Assembly (NCBI GenBank): GCA_025055635.1
Contig: JANWWQ010000007.1
Coordinates: forward strand, 1,711-65,710
Origin: Flavobacteriales bacterium
GTDB lineage: Bacteria; Bacteroidota; Bacteroidia; CAIKAF01
DNA: 64,000 bases
Direction of reading: 5' to 3'
Positions 59,365 through 64,000 of the stretch are shown piece by piece. The notes beneath the pieces were generated by a model. The model saw only the letters and a program-made list of their open reading frames with translations, made no database searches and was not told the DNA's origin. The translations under genes and the position numbers were made by a program. Within the stretch, counting starts at the first letter, position 1, and every line of letters begins with the position of its first letter.

Positions 59365-60771
59365 ATGAACGGTTCAGCTCTTTCTGAAAACCAGAACCGA
59401 CCGTTTATTACAGCGCTACTCATCCTCCCGATGACCATCTTTGGCCTGGCCTTGGGCCTGGATAGTTACAAGGCTTTTGTTATTAAAGAAAGATTAAATC
59501 TATCTCCCGCAGACACTGGAATCATTGCCAGTGGAGGCGTCGTAGGGTTCCTTGTGGCATTTGTGGGTTTTGCTCTCATTACGAGGTTAAGAGGCCGGTC
59601 TAACCCTATTCCACTATCGCGCAATCTTGTTGCCTTAGGGCTCTTCACGGGTGGCTTGGGCTTTTTACTGTTCTGGGGGGGGCTTGAAATAAAATCATCA
59701 ATCTTTTCATTTTTTGCCTTAATTTTATTTGTTGGAGGATTTACGCTCCTTTTTTTATCAATCTTGCCTTTCATTTTCCTCACTGAAAGGGAAGATTATT
59801 TAAGCTTTTGGGTAATTTTTATTTTAGGTTTTGCCACGCTGGGCAGGTTTTTTGCTTATCCGATGGTGTTTTTTTCCAACCTGGGCACAGGAGGTGAGTC
59901 TTTTTCTTCTTTTTCAATTGCCTTACTTGTTGCGGGAATAATCATTTTTATCTGCCTTGCTATTTTTATCAAAAATACGCCCTCCGCAAGTATTAAAAAA
60001 TTATCCTTTAAATCCCCACCGACCCCCAAAATAGGTTCCTTTAAAGTTCTCCTCCTTTCTCTCGGCGGCCTGATATTGACAAACCTCGCAGAGGATTTAA
60101 ACTTTTTAAGCATTGAAAACATCAGCATTTCTAAATATTCCTCTGTTTCCGCCTATCAGCCTTCTCTTTACGTGGGATTGATGGGCGGTGGTTTGTTGGC
60201 CAGCCGGTTTATTACAGCCGTGAAAATGGCACCCATTAATGAGACTATAAAATTTCTTTTTATCATCCTTATTTCGCTCGCTATATTTCTTTTTACAATT
60301 ACTTTCACCCCTTACATGGAAATGGATTTCTATAATTCTTTTTTGGTGTTCGGAGCCAATTTTTTCATCTTCGTTCTTTCCATCATACTAGCCAGTGGTC
60401 AACTGTCCCATGTAATGATGGTGATATGTGCAATCGGCCTTGTTCATGTTGCTGCGATTCTCCTTACCTATAAATCCGCTTTTTACATTATTATGGTATC
60501 AACAGCGGGCCTGTACAGGGGAATTCTTTATCCAGCTTTTATAGTTATGGCTTTCCAGAATTTTAGGGGACAGATGTTTTCTTTATCGCTTTTAATTGGA
60601 ATAGCCAGCTTCTCCAGGTTTATTCCTCAACTTTTGCATTGGTCCTTTCCGGGAGCTGTCAATTCTTCAATATTATTTTTAATAGTACAGTTGTTGTTAA
60701 TGATATACTGCTTTGCTACCGCTTATTTTGTATATAAGGAAGCCAAAAAAGTAAAGCAGAATTTTACATAA
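59365..60771 (+). CDS. hypothetical 12-TM membrane protein (MFS-like topology)
   Basis: 468 aa. Two six-helix halves are separated by a basic loop. It sits 5 bp downstream of the PLP enzyme gene. GC content is markedly low, about 30-33%. Confidence 0.45.
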   Translation: MNGSALSENQNRPFITALLILPMTIFGLALGLDSYKAFVIKERLNLSPADTGIIASGGVVGFLVAFVGFALITRLRGRSNPIPLSRNLVALGLFTGGLGFLLFWGGLEIKSSIFSFFALILFVGGFTLLFLSILPFIFLTEREDYLSFWVIFILGFATLGRFFAYPMVFFSNLGTGGESFSSFSIALLVAGIIIFICLAIFIKNTPSASIKKLSFKSPPTPKIGSFKVLLLSLGGLILTNLAEDLNFLSIENISISKYSSVSAYQPSLYVGLMGGGLLASRFITAVKMAPINETIKFLFIILISLAIFLFTITFTPYMEMDFYNSFLVFGANFFIFVLSIILASGQLSHVMMVICAIGLVHVAAILLTYKSAFYIIMVSTAGLYRGILYPAFIVMAFQNFRGQMFSLSLLIGIASFSRFIPQLLHWSFPGAVNSSILFLIVQLLLMIYCFATAYFVYKEAKKVKQNFT

Positions 60772-60974
60772 AAACCCCACATCCGAATTCAATTTTCCGT
60801 GCTCAAAAGCCAAGGGAAATTGTTTGGAGATTTCGCCTCCAGGGGATTTGTGATGCTCTCTCTACTTAATTTTTCGGTCTAAATCAGGGATCGGATTTTC
60901 TTGTACTTGAATTCCTGAAAAATACGTTAGGCACAAATACTCAAATTCATTCCCTATTAAGTACATCAGAAATT

Positions 60975-61250
60975 GTGGCGGCTTTCGCTGCTTTGTTTTT
61001 TGACTATATAAGATTCCGAGGTCGTCTATTTATGGATATTCCATTTCACTTCAAAAGCCACTTCATTAAGGGGCTTATTTATGGTGGCTGCGATATTTCT
61101 TGTTTAATCCCTGCCTTTTATTTTACAACACCAAAAAATAAAAATAAAGGGATTTTTGTTGTCCTATTATTTAATATCATAATAATATATAATGGGATTT
61201 ATTCCTTAGGCTTTATCAGTGCTAATAAGTCAGGATTTCTGATGCTATAA
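60975..61250 (+). CDS. questionable small hydrophobic ORF
   Basis: A 91-aa ORF in an AT-rich region without other support. Confidence 0.15.
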   Translation: MAAFAALFFDYIRFRGRLFMDIPFHFKSHFIKGLIYGGCDISCLIPAFYFTTPKNKNKGIFVVLLFNIIIIYNGIYSLGFISANKSGFLML

Positions 61251-62149
61251 TCCCAATTTCATAAAATTTCCCATTTTTTTCACTAACTATTCCCGTATTT
61301 CTTGCAGCTTTGACTATAGACATAATTATCATAAGTTAAAAAAGTTACTCATTTTCTCTCTATTTTAGCAAAAAAGAGGATAAACATGGAAAACCGAATT
61401 AAACCCTTTTCACAGTCCCTGTAATGGCTCTTGTAGGGGTGTTGATTCACAATATCACAGACAGCTACTAAAAAATTGCAAATTTTTCAGGCATATATTT
61501 GAGTACTCTAATCCATTCATCTGGTTTTATTTTGGTTTAATCCCCGTCTTTCGGGAACAGTAATTATCGGAAGATTTGGGATTTTGGTAAAATTTTCTCC
61601 CTTGCCTCACCCCATTTTAAATATTTTTATTTTTCTCATCCCCACCCCTTTTTCTTATTTGAGCTTTTGCATCTGCATATCGCCAATATCTATTCCGCCG
61701 AAATTTTTATGTATACGAAATATTTATACTAATTAATAGTATGTTAAACATAATTGCCAGATCAATGTCTTCAGTTTGATGGCAGCTTTGAGCGCGGAAG
61801 GCATTATTCATTCAATGGCCACATTCCTGATAAAGGATCCCCAATGGCGAGTAAGCTTTATTGACGGGCGAGGGCTTTTTAAAGCGGTACTATTCCAACG
61901 CTCTGGGTACTGGCTTTCCGTGAAACATACAGCTCCATTATAACGCTCTCAGGTCTGTTTTTTCATGACCTTGATTGGCTCTGTGCCTTAAATTTTAATT
62001 CTCTCAATATGGAATTTGGCAAGACAACAATCCCCGGCGTAATTCCCTAAGTTTTTTCCTTTTACTGCTTTTATACGGAATGACGGCCGAAAGAACACAT
62101 TGCCTCCTCAGCCCTTATTGGGACGATAAATTCCTCCCCACCTGTATAA

Positions 62150-62190
62150 CAAAAAAAAAGCCCCTCAAACTTTACTTCATTTGAAGGGCT
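62150..62190 (-). terminator. rho-independent terminator downstream of tRNA-Leu
   Basis: On the minus strand an 11-bp stem with one mismatch (agcccttcaaa / tttgaggggct) is followed by T9, which appears as A9 at 62151-62159 on the plus strand. Confidence 0.55.
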
Positions 62191-62198
62191 TGGGTGAG

Positions 62199-62280
<82 letters not shown>

Positions 62281-62287
62281 AAATTTC

Positions 62288-62866
62288 TTAAATGCCTAAT
62301 TGACGAATTCGGTTGCAAATATCCGAAAAAATTTCCTCAATGGAACCCACCCCCTTCACTTCTTCCAGCAGTCCTTGGCGGGCGTAATAGGCTTTCAGCG
62401 GAAGTGTTTCCTTACGATAAACTTCCAGGCGGTGTTCAATAACGTTTTCGTCGGCATCATCACTCCGGCCTGATGTAAGTGCCCGTTGCCTCAAGCGTTT
62501 CTTGAGTTCTTCATCAGGAACTTCTAAAGAAAAAACCCGGGTAATGCCTGAGTCCCATTCTCCAAGCAACCGGTCTAAGGCTTCGGCCTGTGCAATGGTA
62601 CGCGGAAAACCATCCAGGATAAATCCCCGAAAGGCTGGGTCAGGTTTCAGATAACCTCGCAGCATGCCCACAGTGATTTCATCAGGCACCAGCATACCTT
62701 TTTCTATATAGGTACGGGCCGCACGTCCTAGCTCGGTTCCTTGTCCCATCTCGCTACGAAAAATATCACCTGTGCTCAGATGACGAAGCCTGAATTGAGC
62801 AGCAAGTAGTTGGGCTTGCGTCCCTTTTCCCGCTCCCGGGGGTCCGAACATTAATAGGTTAATCAT
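62288..62866 (-). CDS. adk: adenylate kinase
   Basis: The P-loop GPPGAGKGTQA, a LID region and a length of 192 aa fit adenylate kinase. Confidence 0.9.
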   Translation of the reverse strand: MINLLMFGPPGAGKGTQAQLLAAQFRLRHLSTGDIFRSEMGQGTELGRAARTYIEKGMLVPDEITVGMLRGYLKPDPAFRGFILDGFPRTIAQAEALDRLLGEWDSGITRVFSLEVPDEELKKRLRQRALTSGRSDDADENVIEHRLEVYRKETLPLKAYYARQGLLEEVKGVGSIEEIFSDICNRIRQLGI

Positions 62867-63420
62867 GAAAGCAACCGATAAATGTCAGGCAAACACCGTC
62901 CTTCTTCCTCATAATCCAAGCCGTAACCCACCACAAAATAATTGGGAATGTGTATGCCCACAAAATCTATTTCCCTTAATCCCCTGTACACCTCTGATTT
63001 AAACAAAAAAGCGCAAATCCTCACCCGTAGGGCGCCCGTCTCCTGAAACTGACCTGCCAGATAATTCGCCGTCAATCCGCTGTCCACGATGTCCTCTACC
63101 AGGATCACATCACACCCTTCCAAAGCCAAGGTATTCAGCCCTTGCATTTCCACACGCCCTGTGCTTTGTGTTCCGGCATAAGAGCGGGCAAAGACAAATT
63201 CCTGACGGCTACCGGCCGGCATGTGTTTCATTAAATCTGAAAAAAACATGAACGCCCCCTTCAATACCCCCACAAACACCGTGCGATCGCCTATTCCGGC
63301 TTCCTTCATTTCAGCCGCCAGCCGGCTCACCTCCTGATCAATTCGCGTGCGGGGGATGTATAGTTCAAAATCTTTATCCTTAAGTCTTACTCTCATTTGT
63401 ATGCAGCAAAGTAAAGGCAA
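62863..63420 (-). CDS. hpt: hypoxanthine phosphoribosyltransferase
   Basis: The PRPP-binding motif VILVEDIVDSGLT is present. 185 aa. It overlaps adk by 4 nt. Confidence 0.9.
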   Translation of the reverse strand: MPLLCCIQMRVRLKDKDFELYIPRTRIDQEVSRLAAEMKEAGIGDRTVFVGVLKGAFMFFSDLMKHMPAGSRQEFVFARSYAGTQSTGRVEMQGLNTLALEGCDVILVEDIVDSGLTANYLAGQFQETGALRVRICAFLFKSEVYRGLREIDFVGIHIPNYFVVGYGLDYEEEGRCLPDIYRLLS

Positions 63421-63558
63421 TTTTCTGGGTAAGACTGTCAGGGTATCCCCTCCATGCTATTATATCTACTTTACAACTATGGATAATCTCTTGCATCCAT
63501 TTCACTTAGAATAGGATTTGAAGGAATAAAAAAAATTTTTATATTTGTAAAAAGCTAA

Positions 63559-64000
63559 ATGCCTATTAAAAACTTTGATGCGCCAAGCCTTATTTCAGAG
63601 GTCCCAGAAGAATCCGCAGACAACCTATCAGAGAAGTTAGTAATTGAGCTCCTCTCTGTTGTGGCTCCAGATACGGAGAAGGTCGTGCGGAATACGGTTA
63701 AACAAACTAATGCGCTTATTCGTGAACACATCCGGGCGGAAACGGGCCTGCGCCTTCAGGACCAAAATCGTCACCACACGGTCCCCGTGACCGTATCGGA
63801 TGGTTTGCCCACGCCGCTTTCCAAACTTATAACCAACCAGTTTCAGCAAGCGCTCTGGAAGCTGGCTGCCCTGCAAAGGCGCCTTCCCGAAGTTATTCAT
63901 TGCCTCAACGATATCATTCAGTCTTGGGATACCCTCATAATGTGTGGCTTCCGCTATGATAACCCGTCCGCAACCACTTACCTTCGTCTCGCGGTCAACC
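63559..64000 (+). CDS. hypothetical protein, 5' partial (runs off the window end)
   Basis: An ATG at 63559 opens a reading frame of 147 or more codons with no stop before the window end. It is absent from the ORF track. No motif recognised. Confidence 0.35.
   Translation, partial: MPIKNFDAPSLISEVPEESADNLSEKLVIELLSVVAPDTEKVVRNTVKQTNALIREHIRAETGLRLQDQNRHHTVPVTVSDGLPTPLSKLITNQFQQALWKLAALQRRLPEVIHCLNDIIQSWDTLIMCGFRYDNPSATTYLRLAVN

Overview
The window looks like a Bacteroidetes chromosomal segment of roughly 48-50% GC. Supporting signs are a T9SS C-terminal sorting domain protein, a DUF1599-folP gene pair, GH3-family genes and TAnnTTTG-type -7 promoter boxes. It is densely packed with housekeeping genes. 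I found no CRISPR array, transposase, integrase, restriction-modification system or toxin-antitoxin genes, and no recognisable defense island.

Recognised genes include pdxJ, rseP, a PduO-type cobalamin adenosyltransferase, apt, dnaX, ptrB, folP, queG, pyk, gyrB, galE, relA/spoT, fabI, kynA, leuS, ftcD, recR, adk and hpt. There is one tRNA, tRNA-Leu(GAG), on the minus strand.

The most interesting candidates are:
- a minus-strand operon (about 26.7-30.5 kb) pairing an aldehyde dehydrogenase, a fatty-acid-hydroxylase-superfamily (alkylglycerol monooxygenase-like) membrane enzyme, a YhhN/TMEM86 lysoplasmalogenase and an EVE protein; this is a coherent ether-lipid/plasmalogen catabolic set;
- an ethanolamine permease (Eat) fused in an operon with a glutamine-synthetase-like enzyme and no eutBC, suggesting a gamma-glutamylation route for ethanolamine or another amine, with a perfect palindromic operator at its 5' end;
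- an A10 homopolymer inside dnaX at the domain III/IV boundary, with both alternative frames closing within 5-13 codons; this fits a gamma-subunit-producing slippage site;
- a 51-codon MetS-like small-subunit ORF overlapping the stop of an NSS transporter, missed by the ORF track.

Other observations worth a look: a GH3 / LysE / PHP-phosphatase operon, a polytopic membrane protein coupled to a zinc-ribbon methyltransferase, a ~160-nt structured transcript or leader upstream of dnaX, an extremely AT-rich 230-bp tract, a 70%-GC islet, a 20-bp perfect tandem repeat in the fabI/kynA divergent promoter, a Lys/Ala-rich histone H1-like protein, and a low-GC segment next to the tRNA. All functional calls come from motif recognition in the translated ORFs. 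No database searches were run.
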